A stretch of DNA of 63,940 nt, counting the filler, from Stramenopiles sp. TOSAG23-3 (taxonomy: Eukaryota): NCBI GenBank assembly GCA_900128585.1. It is 22 parts of 22 records of this genome, joined end to end, with 100 filler letters (N's around TTAATTAATTAA, not from the genome) between each part and the next. Parts side by side here need not be neighbours in the genome. Positions count along the whole stretch, not along the records: positions 1 to 2,830 come from LT644564.1; positions 2,931 to 5,757 come from LT644565.1; positions 5,858 to 8,680 come from LT644566.1; positions 8,781 to 11,603 come from LT644567.1; 18 more parts are not named here. The stretch is one strand, 5' to 3'. A program made the position numbers and the translations under genes. The notes below the pieces were generated by a model. It searched no databases and was not told the origin of the DNA. It saw nothing but the letters and a program-made list of their open reading frames with translations. Below, in pieces: positions 1 to 11,325 of the stretch (position 1 is the stretch's first letter; each line of letters begins with the position of its first letter).

Positions 1-133
1 ATATTAAGACAACCAGCTGGTTCATAATTTTAAGAAGCTTTAAAAGAGCTTTAAATTTAAAAATCGAATTTAAAGTTTAGTTCTGATTTATTTTGTTTAC
101 AAGTGATATTTTGTTTACCAACTATACGACGAT

Positions 134-2830
134 TTATGCTTGTTCTGAGACTGTATTTCTCTTTTTTTCCCAAGCATGAGCATCTGCTACATATCGTTGA
201 GCAGTAGCAACCATTTCAATCCATTTATGGCTTCGTTTTTGAAGTTCTGCTTCGTGACTGCGCGCTTGAACAAGAAAGCGATTGAGTTTAGCCGTAGGAC
301 TCACAATTGCTTCTCGAAGCACCTCGTTTGAAGTCTCAAATTTGGAGAGCAGTAGATCGGACTGTTTCAATTCAGCCAAAAATCGTCTCGCTTGCCCCAG
401 GCTTGACTTGATGCTCCCAACATTTTGCACTGCTGCAACGAGCGCAGTTTTTCCGTGTTCTACAGCAGACTCGTTCTTATTCGCATTCTTCCAGTCAAAC
501 GATGCCAGCAACTGGAGATACCCTTCCGTATTCCAACTAGACTTCAGCAGATTTTCAATTCGTCGCCCGTACTTTTGGACTCCAGAAATTCCTTCCTGGG
601 CCTTTTCTAAAGTACGGATAAGCTCTTTCCCGATAAAAACAGTTTCTTTTCTTGTAGCTGCGCTATTTTCCAAAAGAACGTGGACGATCTTTTTCGTCGC
701 TTCGGACGCCGAAATGACAGGATTCTCTGCAATTGCGTTCAACAAAATTTGTTGCACTTGCATGTACAGAGCTTGGTAGTTTTCTACACCCGTCGGTCCT
801 GTCTCAACACCAGTGGGTCCAGTGCTGGCCGCTCCAGTCGCGCCGGTACTGGCCGTGGCCCCAGTCGCACCAGTAGCAAATGCGCCAAGACCGTACTGCA
901 GTAGATGATTCAACCACTCAACGGCTTCTTTTGTGCGTCGTGCCCCATTTGATCGAACAAGATCGGACGCATCGACAAGTTCAACTTCGTGAAGCCTGGC
1001 GTCCCGAACTGCAATCCTTGCTTTGGCAATTTCTTTCAGAAGGCGGATTTGGTCTTCGTATCGGGAAACGTCTTCCATCATTGATTTACGTTCGTCTCCA
1101 GATTCTGCAAGTCGTAACGACGCACGTGCGGCGTCTAACTTCAGTTGCACCCTGCACAATTTTCTCCTTCCGTTCAGCATGTTCTTTGCCGTTTGCAAGA
1201 ATAATCGAGACATAGTAGTTCCATCCTCGTTGAATCTGCGCTTTGCCTTCGCAACGGCAGCATGCAAGCTTAAACCAACACATCCGCCAATTATGCCATC
1301 GTTCGGGCCAGTGGCTGCTCCGGTGCTGCCAGTACTGCCAGTAGATCCGGTTACAGAATGCTTGATGAGCAAGTTATTTAGATGCCCGATGGCCACGCGC
1401 AGACGCTTGTCTGCGGTTACGATAAGGGTGTGATTTTTCGACAAAATTGTTTTACGCTTGTGCGATGTTGCCTGTTCCACATGTTCTTCGGCAACTTCAA
1501 CCTGGTTCAACATCGATAGCTGCTGCCGCAGATTAGCTTCTTCTACTTTGTTGCCTTGCGCAATTGCTGCGCTAATCATGCGGTTCAGTTTCTCCCGTAG
1601 AGTCTCTCGCTTCTTCGCAGCTTGCTCTGCCATCTGTTTCTTCTTCTTCTCTTCCACTTTCTTCAACGCTCGGCACGTTTTTTCGATTTCTCTTCGGCGG
1701 CGCGCGCACGTTCTAATGCCTTTACTTTCTGTTCCCGCCTGTTTCTCGTTGCTACTTCATACCAGGATTTTGCCTTCTCCGTGCACGAGCGCAAATGTTC
1801 GTTTACAGTAGAACGTGCCTTTGTTAGTTGGACTATTTTCCCAGCTTTCAGTTCCTCTAAAGCATGCGCAGCTTCCAAGTCTGCCTTTTTGGAAGCATTT
1901 TTAGCGGTAAAGACGTCGGCATCGGACGCTGTGCCACGAATGCGTTCGGAAAGTAGTCGATTCTTCTTTATTAATCCCAATGCTGCGCTTTTGGACGCTT
2001 TCGCTACACGAAGGTACAAGAGTTGCAAAGGGTACTTTTTCTCAAGTTTGCCATCATCATCGTTTGCGACCGCTTCTACTGTCTCTTTGTACAGGCGATC
2101 CTGTTTTTGTTGCATGATTTTTTCAACTTCCTCTTGGAACATGTGAATCGCTTTAACATTTTCTAAGCTTTCATCATCGGCCTCACTCATCACATTCTTT
2201 TGTTGAAGGGCTTTGTCAGTCATTTGCTTGATTTTCAGGTGTGCTGCCCCCGTTGCGCCACTTGCGCCTTTCGTTTGCAGAAAGGATGTCTGCTCTATGC
2301 CAGTGGCAACTTTCAACCTCCATAAAGACCAGTCGGGCCACCCATCCCAGTTGGGCCCTCGTTGAATTGCGCGTCCGTAACATCTGACAGTCCCTGCAAC
2401 CGGCGCATACTATTGGCTGCACCTTTTTGACCATCAAAATCGTGTTTTGCGTGGTATTTTCGTGCAACATTTGCACATTGTTGCTGAACTCGGCTGTTCA
2501 ACTTCAGCAACGCATCCTTTTCTGCTTTGATTAAGGAACCAAACGTACCACGTTGGACTGCATTTTCGATACTATTTTTCTCGTTTTGAAGGGTCTCCGA
2601 CAATACCCGTGCTGCGTCTGGGGCATGATAAGTAACGTTATCAGCTGACACACCCGCTAGCTCTGCCAGTTGCCTCTCTGAAGCATCTGCTTCCGTCATT
2701 TCCGACAAGGGTTTAAGTTTGTCTCCCCCACTAATGATATGTCGGATATAAACAACTTTGCTTCTTAAGCCTTTGAACACCGTTTCCGTCATTTCACTCA
2801 ACCGACCAACGATCTGCTGTCTGGCGTTGA
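134..2830 (-). CDS. 3' part of a large coiled-coil protein with short Gly-X-Thr repeats, split by two apparent frameshifts (5'-partial)
   Basis: Three consecutive ORFs (2313-2830 open to contig edge, 1663-2316, 134-1666) each overlap by TTGA and share composition (GPTGMGGPTG, GATGAA, TGSTGSTGSTG, TGATGATASTGATG). Confidence 0.65.
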
Positions 2831-2930
2831 NNNNNNNNNNNNNNNNNNNNNNNNNNNNNNNNNNNNNNNNNNNNTTAATTAATTAANNNNNNNNNNNNNN
2901 NNNNNNNNNNNNNNNNNNNNNNNNNNNNNN
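2831..2930. other. Artificial contig linker (N44-TTAATTAATTAA-N44), first of 21
   Basis: Identical 100-bp linker with stops in all six frames starts at 2831, 5758, 8681, 11604, 14527, 17445, 20361, 23274, 26187, 29099, 32009, 34919, 37825, 40730, 43635, 46539, 49442, 52343, 55243, 58143 and 61042. Contigs are sorted by length. A separate 30-N gap lies at 23955-23984. Confidence 0.99.
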
Positions 2931-3397
2931 AGACTCTTGTGAGTAGATCACTTCTTCGCTGAACTCATCAGAGTCACTTGGAGAATCAATCATCCCTTTA
3001 TTGCCAGAAGTCGAACAGCGGCTGGACTTGTGTTGTGATTGCCTGGATCCGTACGACTCTTTTGGTGTTGGGGGGGGGTAGGTTATCAGCGTCTCTGGAG
3101 TTGGGTGCGTTGCACGCTATTAGTGCCAGTTCGCTCGCCTGTCCGTACTTACCTCTGAGGAGTCTGTCGCACATGTCAAGGAGTAAAGTTTGTCCTTTGT
3201 TTAGTTCGGATTCTGCCAGTAGACCTCCATGCAAGATTGAGTATTTCGGGTCAGTGTGAAATTCATTCCTGCATTTGTTTTAAAAATAAATAAATTATAT
3301 AGTATGTTTTAAGACTCTCATTTTAAATCAAATATTAATGTAGCATTTGTTTTTTATAGTAATGTGTTTTAAGAACTCTCACGTTAAGATCTCCTCG

Positions 3398-3443
3398 TAG
3401 ATGTTTTATGATATTTTGATTAGATGTTTTATGATATTTTGAT
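3398..3443. repeat. 23-bp perfect tandem duplication
   Basis: TAGATGTTTTATGATATTTTGAT at 3398-3420 and 3421-3443. Confidence 0.9.
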
Positions 3444-3482
3444 TTAAAATTTTACTACTTTTGTACTTTGTACCAATCCGAT

Positions 3483-5757
3483 TTACACAAAACCATCCTT
3501 ATGATCGGGGGCACAGGGTACAATTTGTGTCCGCCGCGAAGAAATTTTGTTCCTTGACCTATCCCGTTGCAATGTTCGGAACTTCTTTCTGCTCCCCCTT
3601 TGCTTGACGTACATGTATCCGCCGAGCGCCAAATCTCGCAACAGCAATAGAATAGCAAACATGTACGGCACCAGTGCTGTCCACGAAAGAATCGCCAGAA
3701 ATACGCTAAGCGTGGGCCATTCAGCCTCGATCCTCGTTCCTGTCACCACGTTTCGATTGCTGGGAAGCCGGTTCAACGTACTGTTCGCCGCCGCCGAGGA
3801 TGCGTTTAAGCCGGAGCTGTTTGATGCCGTGCCAAGCCCAGGGCCGGCCAGCGGATTGGCTGATAAAGTGCTGATCAATACGCTGTTGACAAGACCCACA
3901 ACCAACAGGAGGATCTCTGCCAAAGTCAACGACACGTCGAGCAGATTGTTCGTGCCGCAACGCTTCCAAACACGGTCCTCATCGTCCCTGTCGTATTCCG
4001 TTCCGGAATACACAGCGTGTACCTCGGCGTCGGTTAGGTACGGTTGAGTGTACGAAGTACTGACCAGGGCGACGACACACAACACCAGTTGCATGGCCAA
4101 GGAAAGGACAAGGTCGCCTCGAAACGACAGTAGGATTACCACAATCAGCACCTTTCGTAGCAACACGACGAGTTCCCAGTAGTACTTGTCTTTGCGGTAC
4201 TTTTCGAAGACCCACGCAAACCGTTGCCGATTGTCGCAGTCGGAGCACTCACAGCATGGTTCAGTATCAAAATAATAGCAGGCCTTTCTGTCCACCCACC
4301 GCGGCCGCGATATCTTGCACCTGGCCCAGTTCCAATTGAAAACCTTCCCAAGCCCCACCACAACCGGGCCGATAAAAAATACTACAATGCCAAGAATGCC
4401 CATGACTACCATAACCCGCCAGTTCTCGTCTGTGTCGATGTTGCACTCATACTCTGGAGCGATATCCAGCGTCGAAACCTCCAGCCCAGGCTGGGTTGTG
4501 CAAGCAAAGGCTTCGCCCGTTTCGCGAAATCCAATGGCAAAGAGGCTGACAAAGTACGCGTAAAACGCAACAGCGATCAGCCCGTTTCGCTTTGCTCGGG
4601 ATTTTTTCTCGTAGTACGCCTTTAAGCTCGGATCGCACCAAATCTTTACGCGGAATTTAAGCGTGTCCCAGAGAAACATCGCAGTAAACGTTGCCGCAAG
4701 CACAATTGGCAACATCATTTTCAGGGCAAACAGGGCCTTGGGATCAAAATCCCATTCGCATTCTGGCGATGTCACAAACGCCATAAGGTCGAAAGAGAGG
4801 GCTTTAATGATTTTGTCCATCACTTCTCTCACATGGCGTGGAATCTGGAGCAAGGCAAGGGTCGGGAAATAGAACCCAAGATGAAGCACGTGGGTTCCAA
4901 GCACGGAGAGAAGTTGGCCGGTTTTTCGCCCCGCTACCTTTCTCTGCGCAGCACGCGCGTTGTGGTCTATGCTACGACTCCGCTTGATGCTCTGCTTCCT
5001 GTTGCCGCCCCGGCCCTTCGCGGCAGTTTCGTAGGACCTTGATTCTTCCAAAACTTTGCCCAAAAATTCAATGAGAACGTACACTGCAATGACCAGGGTA
5101 ACCAAAGGCGCAAGGTTCGAATCCGGGCATTGCACGCATTCGTCGTTGTCTTTGGTGAACCAGCCGGCATCGCACCTTGCGCAAGCCCTTCCCCTCCGCC
5201 CGTCGATGCATTTGTTTTCGCCCGGGCAGTGACTCTCCTCCCTGCACTGGAAGCACCCTGCCACGCCTACGGCATCGTTCCACGACCCGAACGGGCACGG
5301 GAGGCATTGAGCTGCATCGGTGGCTCCTGGGTTGGGGCCGTAGGTTCCAGAAGGACAGTCGGCGCAGGCCGTCTTCGTTGGGTTTGTGAATGTACCTGGT
5401 TGGCAGGCGGTGCAAACATCCCTAGCATATATTTCTCCCGCGGCGCAGGGGACGCACTGAGTTGCGCCAGGCTGGGGAGCGAACGTCCCATCAGCACAGG
5501 GGATGCACTGTGTCGCTCCTGGATTGGGGCCGTAGGTTTCGGCGGCGCAGGGCGTGCATGCTGTCTGCGTTGGGTTTGTAAACGTTCCGGGTTGGCAAGT
5601 AGTCGTGCAAAACGTGCCTTCGTTTTCATTTGGTTTCGGATAACAACCTATGAAGGGTGTTACAGTGCAATGGGTGGGAGCGCAGGTCGTTGGGCTTACG
5701 TATTTGTTGGCGCTGTGCGTATTGCTGCTCGAATCGTACCCGTAGAAGGCGTGGGAT
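3483..5757 (-). CDS. Cys-rich repeat (ephrin-receptor-like/GCC2_GCC3-type) multi-pass membrane protein (5'-partial)
   Basis: Frame stays open from 5264 to the contig edge (CQPGTFTNPTQTACTPCAAETYGPNPGATQCIPC...), followed by at least 7 hydrophobic segments and YYWELVVLLRK, typical of protist Cys-repeat TM proteins. Confidence 0.85.
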
Positions 5758-5859
5758 NNNNNNNNNNNNNNNNNNNNNNNNNNNNNNNNNNNNNNNNNNN
5801 NTTAATTAATTAANNNNNNNNNNNNNNNNNNNNNNNNNNNNNNNNNNNNNNNNNNNNCA

Positions 5860-6357
5860 AATGCAAACGTCAAGCATCGTTTTTTTAGAGCAAGTAACGG
5901 TGCAACGATAATCCTCCGGAATTTGGTATTGGAGGGGGGGGACGTTTCGGCGCTAGCTGTTGACGCAGCGGAGGACAAAACGTGCAAGTTTTGTGGTGGG
6001 GCCGTCCTCGCAGAGGGCGTGAACACGGTCTTTAAGGCATACGCGATGGAGTTCAAAGAAAACATAGCCTTTAATGGAGGCGCATTACATGCAATGTATG
6101 GGGCCGCGATTGAGATCGTAGATTCCCTCCTACCGAAATGTACAACTGTAGACGAATGTGCACCATATGGTAGCGCATTTTCTTGTCGTGGCCATCAGTC
6201 TTGTTCCATAAGGACATCTGCAATATACGGTGCTATAGATTGTCTATGTTCTGGCATAGGATCAATAACAGTCACAGAAGAGTATTTACTAAGGTCAGCT
6301 CAATGCCATCTTTCTCCCCCAAACAACCAATACCCAAACTGCAAGTTGAGGCTCTGA
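5860..6357 (+). CDS. C-terminus of a beta-helix protein with Pmp-like GGA(I/L/V)/FxxN repeats (5'-partial)
   Basis: HRFFRASNGATIILRNLVLEGG...CGGAVL...FKENIAFNGGAL, then a Cys-rich tail. Open from the contig edge. Confidence 0.65.
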   Translation, partial: NANVKHRFFRASNGATIILRNLVLEGGDVSALAVDAAEDKTCKFCGGAVLAEGVNTVFKAYAMEFKENIAFNGGALHAMYGAAIEIVDSLLPKCTTVDECAPYGSAFSCRGHQSCSIRTSAIYGAIDCLCSGIGSITVTEEYLLRSAQCHLSPPNNQYPNCKLRL

Positions 6358-6759
6358 ATGAAAAGGAATTTTTCTTAAGAGCCATACTAAAACCAAAAAT
6401 TGGCTGTTATTTAGAGTAATTAAAAGGCTTAATTAAAAACTAAATAATGGCTGTTGTTTAAGGCATACTTCAGACATAAACAAAAAATTTGGCTGCTAGT
6501 AAAAGTAGACTAATTAAATTTATCTTCTTCAAATACCGTGAAAGTGAATCTGCTCAAAGGTTTACGAAATATGCATATTATCTAAAGGAAACTATATAAT
6601 TTGTTTTTCTAAAGTAAACTTGTAATTGATATAAAATGAGAGTCTTAAGCATACTATGATATATAATTTTTTTTTCTAAAGTAAAAAAAAGCGCATCTAA
6701 AGTAATATGAATAGGATACTTCTTGAAACGTCCAATTCATCCTACGAATTTTAACATTT

Positions 6760-8595
6760 TTACTTCTCTCGCAAGTATCTCTTTTGCAACGGGGATACGT
6801 TACGGTTAGCCGCAGAGTTACTTCGTTGCGGGGGACTGGGCACTCTCTCATTCTGAGCTTCGGCGCTGTCGTCCATACCCGGCGTGTTCTGTTCATTACC
6901 TACGGCGGGAAACCCACCACTACTATAATCGTGCAGTTTATCCGAATCCCAGTGGTCGTGAAAGCCACTATATTTCCCATACGTTTGCCCAATAATATCT
7001 TCCTCTTCGTCAAACACTACCGGGGGCGTTATCTCTCGGCGCGCTTTGATCCGTTCTTTCCTTTCCATGGCTTTGATCTCACTTTCTGTTAAAGCACCAA
7101 CAGCGTCCCCGTACTCATTTCGACGAACAGAGTCCATCTTGGCCCGCTGGTGGTATTGCAGGCGATGGCGGTGCCGTTTCTGTGACAGCATATGGCCGTG
7201 ACCAGCCGTATGAAAATCAGGCAACGGCTCATTGATCCACTCACTGAATTTCACATAGTCAACCCCGTCAGATGCTTCGTACAGACCGGATGCCCTGGCG
7301 TTTTCTTTGCCCCCAAATCGTTCCAATAGGAAAGGCAAAATTTGGAGATTCCATTCTACGGCAGAAATAAGGCCGTGCTCCAGGATAATTCCAAGGGCTT
7401 TCCACAAGCTTTCTGGTTTCAAAATACCAGACGGGTGCTCCCAACCGTAGCTTTGCGCGTCTAAATTGGTAAACAGCGCTCTGATGTCCATCCCCCTCGA
7501 CTTCCGTTCATGCAGCGCAATGCGCATTCTATCGACTGGATGAGTGGCTCCTTTCGTCGCATATTTCATCATTTGATACACGTACTTCTCTTCTAACCCC
7601 GGATGCTTCCCGTCAGCAAAGGTCATGCCTCGGCAAAAGCCCATTAGTATATTGAAGAGCTGTTTCAGGTCGTCTTCCGCCAAAGACATTCTGGTGTACA
7701 TTGCCGCAGCCACTTCCGGGCGGGTTGCGCCCTTCAGGTTATCTTCCCCTGTACTCAGGCTAGTGTAACTTTCCCACGCTAGTTCTGCGAGAATGTCCGC
7801 TAAATTTCTCCAGTCACGTATTGCAGTATGGGTGTCTTTAGGGTCCTGGTGAAACACGCACCAACGCTGGTAGGTCGCCTTTAGCTTTTTTCTGTTGAAA
7901 TTCATGTAGCCCTCGTGAGTAAATCTGTAATCCTTGTTTTGGTCAAGGAACAACGAGCACATTTTCGAGCCCTTAAAGGTAGGTGTAATGAGCTTAAAAT
8001 CTGCACACAATTGAGCAAAGCCCTGCAAATTAATTGTGTTGTGGAATTTCTCCATGTTCTGAAACGTTGGGTTTGGGTCTAGCTTCTTCATACCAAACGT
8101 CGCACAATAGGCCTTGAAAAGCATCTGCAGGCCGTACTCAAACAGGTCTTGAACGCTGTCCATCAATGGGTCATGGACTGGTATATCTTCCCTGACACGG
8201 TCTGGTTTTCCTTTCGCAAACTGCCCCGTGTACTTGGGAGGGGACCGTCGGGTGTGCTGGTGGTCCTTGGTGAATATTTCGTTCACATCCTCTCGCTTTC
8301 CTAGATTTCCGGGGGTCTTGTCTTTGAAATTTCCTTGCGCGAATACAAAGCCCCGACTCTTCGCAATGGTGCTGTCGATTGCTTGTTTCTTGTCGCTTAT
8401 GTTTAAGCGATCTAGCGCGGTGTATAACTTGGGGAAGTCAGGTTGCTTGTTAAGCAAGCGCTCTATTACGTACGAGGCCTGCAACCTTCTTGCACGGGCC
8501 GCTCGAGAGTACCGCTTCCGTTGTTGCTGTCCTCTAGCCATCGATGCAATTGTGGTGGCACTGTCCCACAGGCGTTGCCGGCGCAGGCGAAGCAT
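6760..8595 (-). CDS. Hypothetical 611-aa protein with a possible IQ-like N-terminal motif and an EF-hand-like region; may extend 5' through a frameshift
   Basis: Long ORF. DIRALFTNLD...GILKPESLWKAL...DGVDYVKFSEWI resembles a degenerate EF-hand pair. Confidence 0.75.
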   Translation of the reverse strand: MLRLRRQRLWDSATTIASMARGQQQRKRYSRAARARRLQASYVIERLLNKQPDFPKLYTALDRLNISDKKQAIDSTIAKSRGFVFAQGNFKDKTPGNLGKREDVNEIFTKDHQHTRRSPPKYTGQFAKGKPDRVREDIPVHDPLMDSVQDLFEYGLQMLFKAYCATFGMKKLDPNPTFQNMEKFHNTINLQGFAQLCADFKLITPTFKGSKMCSLFLDQNKDYRFTHEGYMNFNRKKLKATYQRWCVFHQDPKDTHTAIRDWRNLADILAELAWESYTSLSTGEDNLKGATRPEVAAAMYTRMSLAEDDLKQLFNILMGFCRGMTFADGKHPGLEEKYVYQMMKYATKGATHPVDRMRIALHERKSRGMDIRALFTNLDAQSYGWEHPSGILKPESLWKALGIILEHGLISAVEWNLQILPFLLERFGGKENARASGLYEASDGVDYVKFSEWINEPLPDFHTAGHGHMLSQKRHRHRLQYHQRAKMDSVRRNEYGDAVGALTESEIKAMERKERIKARREITPPVVFDEEEDIIGQTYGKYSGFHDHWDSDKLHDYSSGGFPAVGNEQNTPGMDDSAEAQNERVPSPPQRSNSAANRNVSPLQKRYLREK

Positions 8596-8782
8596 GGCAC
8601 CGATCCGCTATCCAGTCTTCTTCAACGTAGGCCTGAAAAGGAAACTGGCAATCTTTCACAGGCTTGTAATGTTTCGTCCANNNNNNNNNNNNNNNNNNNN
8701 NNNNNNNNNNNNNNNNNNNNNNNNTTAATTAATTAANNNNNNNNNNNNNNNNNNNNNNNNNNNNNNNNNNNNNNNNNNNNTG

Positions 8783-9088
8783 TATCACCAGAAAAACAAA
8801 CAAATCTATTCCTGGCAAGGAAACATTAACAAGAAAGTGACGCACCTTAATATATGGTTTAAAGCACTTCTGGACTGTGTCACCGTTCCGAACCACAACG
8901 CGTACCATTACAAAGGCATTAAATTGAAGACGAAAAAATTGTGCTGCCCAATGGGATGGAAAAAGTATGGTGATGGTAGTGGGTGCATTTCCGTACTTAG
9001 CTCAGAAGACTACTGTTACACTTACGGGAACGATATAAACAGTAAGAATGGGCATCCTTGCCCAAGCGTTTTAGCTCTACGGCTTTGA
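8783..9088 (+). CDS. Probable C-terminus of a Cys-containing protein (5'-partial)
   Basis: Frame open from the contig edge to TGA, contains CCPMGWKKYGDGSGC, followed by AT-rich sequence. Confidence 0.4.
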   Translation, partial: YHQKNKQIYSWQGNINKKVTHLNIWFKALLDCVTVPNHNAYHYKGIKLKTKKLCCPMGWKKYGDGSGCISVLSSEDYCYTYGNDINSKNGHPCPSVLALRL

Positions 9089-9518
9089 ATTCGATAATAC
9101 CAATTTCAGAATGGGGTAAAAACAAAACAATTTAAAACTTATTTGTTCCAACTTGTTCAATAATGAAACAGATTTTTAAAGAGATATGCCTCTGTTATTT
9201 TATAACTTACATATGACCATGATAGTCAAGTCTAAGAGCCACAAGGATATAATATTGATTACTATAATCACACCACTAGAGTTCAGTTCGCAGTACGTTA
9301 ATTACTTTAATCATATTTTTAATTTTAATTTACGTACTTGGAATCTACGACCTGCCGTCGCCACAATCTTTATGTGGACTGTAGCGAGACCGCAACGAAT
9401 GTTTTGTGCTACACTGGGAGTTATGCTTTGCCACGTTGTCCAAAATATTGGTCTTGCTCCACCAGTTCTACGAACTTTCAGTCAACAAAAAGACTCGAGT
9501 GGATGGTTGATGTGCAGT

Positions 9519-10208
9519 TTACTGCATAAGCATCGATGCCAGAATTACGGATAGTAATACGAACACGAATGGTACTGCTCTTGCTGCAGGTGAAGCATCC
9601 GGTGATGCAGATGCAGGAAAGCATTCACCACTTGTGTGAGTTTCAGTATTGTCTAGTGTTGAACAATTCGTGTCGGAATATTCTCTAAAAGTTATCTTGC
9701 CGTCTGAAGAACAAACTCCTTTTTTCGAAGCTGTCGCCAAAGCCAAACATTTATTGTCAGCAACATAAAGGTTTGCGCCAAGTTCGGTTGTGACACTGCT
9801 GCACTTCTCGCCTTCTTCCCATTGTACCCCAGTTCCTTCGTAGACTTTGTAGTAATCGTTATTACTGTCACACACTCCCGATACATACGAGTAAGGAGTA
9901 CCTGTGTCTGAACAGTCGGCAGTGGCGTGGTCAGTTACAGTAATAGTAGTTCCGGTATATGAGAAAATCCCATTCCAACCGTCACCATTAATACATTTAT
10001 CAACTACCATAACAAGATTCCCATTCGCATCTGACGAGCCACATTTGCCCACTATGACGCCTTTTACATTCGGTACGCACGTTAGCTTGGTTACTGATTC
10101 TGAGCTGAGTCGCCTGCCACGGTTCATCATAATCTTAACCAAGCCCGCTGGCGTTGCTGAAGCCGCTACAGCTAAGGAGAAGAGTGTTAGGATAATAAAA
10201 GACTTCAT
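9519..10208 (-). CDS. Secreted Cys-rich surface protein, probably GPI-anchored
   Basis: Signal peptide MKSFIILTLFSLAVAASA, an RGRRLS motif, Cys-rich repeats (YSDTNCS), a small-residue linker and a hydrophobic C-terminus with no cytosolic tail. Confidence 0.85.
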   Translation of the reverse strand: MKSFIILTLFSLAVAASATPAGLVKIMMNRGRRLSSESVTKLTCVPNVKGVIVGKCGSSDANGNLVMVVDKCINGDGWNGIFSYTGTTITVTDHATADCSDTGTPYSYVSGVCDSNNDYYKVYEGTGVQWEEGEKCSSVTTELGANLYVADNKCLALATASKKGVCSSDGKITFREYSDTNCSTLDNTETHTSGECFPASASPDASPAARAVPFVFVLLSVILASMLMQ

Positions 10209-10242
10209 AATAAGTTATAGGATAAATGTTTTTAATGAAAAA

Positions 10243-10304
10243 TGAAACTTGAGCTTTTACTTGTAGCGTTAATTTGTGAAACTTGAGCTTTTACTTGTAG
10301 CGTT
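10243..10304. repeat. 28-bp direct repeat x2 upstream of the 9519-10208 gene
   Basis: TGAAACTTGAGCTTTTACTTGTAGCGTT at 10243-10270 and 10277-10304. Confidence 0.9.
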
Positions 10305-11325
10305 CCTTTTGTGAACCTCTCTAATAGAATCGTTTGCACTGTCAAAGACTGAGTGTTACTGTAATCTGTTTGGAAGTTATAATTACTGCTACTACTATGG
10401 AGGATCTTTGTTGTTGTTGATATCTTTTTTTATGTATGTTGTCCAACTAAAATAGTATAATAATAAGTAAACCAAGAAGAAGAAAAAAAAGACCAACTCA
10501 AATATTATTTTTTGAGTCACAAGAAGGAGACAGCATAAACTATAATACTGCAACCTCGAATCGATTTTTTTTTTAACGCGCCAAGCACCACAAATCCCGT
10601 GTCACCACAAATTCTCGCACCTAATGAGACAATGCACAAAGAAGGGGGAATTATCTTTGATGTCTATAGCTGGCGTAATAACACAACCACTTCTTCTGTG
10701 TGTTTTACAACTCCAATTAGCGATCACAACGAATGTAAAAGCCCCTCAAACAGTTTTTCATCCGCCGAAGTTGCGGTCCCAGTTTGAAGTCGTCCTCCCC
10801 GATTTTAATAGGACAAGAATACCAATTCCACTACAAGTACCAAACTGGGAAGAAAACGAACCGTGCAATTGAGTATTTCTGGCGACTTTCCGGAAGAAAC
10901 GAATGAACAACTTGTCGCGAAATTACACCTCAGTCACTTATGGTATTTAATATACCAACCGCATGAATGCCTTTGAAGACGTCAGTTTTTTCCGCAACTA
11001 CAAGTACAGATCGTTGTATGGTGTTCAAAAATCAAAGCCTATCCGATTGGCATCGATAGAGAATAGGCAAAACACAGCATGAAGAACGAATTAGACTACT
11101 TGATTACTATTATTTTGTTTCTGTACATTAGCCATTGAAACTCCTAAGGCTCCCATTGTAATTTTAAATTTCAGAATATGAAACTCCTGCTTGCTGGACG
11201 TCAACTTTACCTTTCTTCATCATCGTGATTATTGATGACGTCGCCTCCTCTCGCCAACTGACCAATCTTTGCCCTCCGTCTCCGGTTTTTTTGCTGTGCT
11301 TCAAGTTCGGTCCTTCTGTATTGTA

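Noticed and set aside
10590..11100. Possible gene or pseudogene in moderately GC-rich sequence
   Set aside because: Only short ORFs in shifting frames with no recognisable motif.
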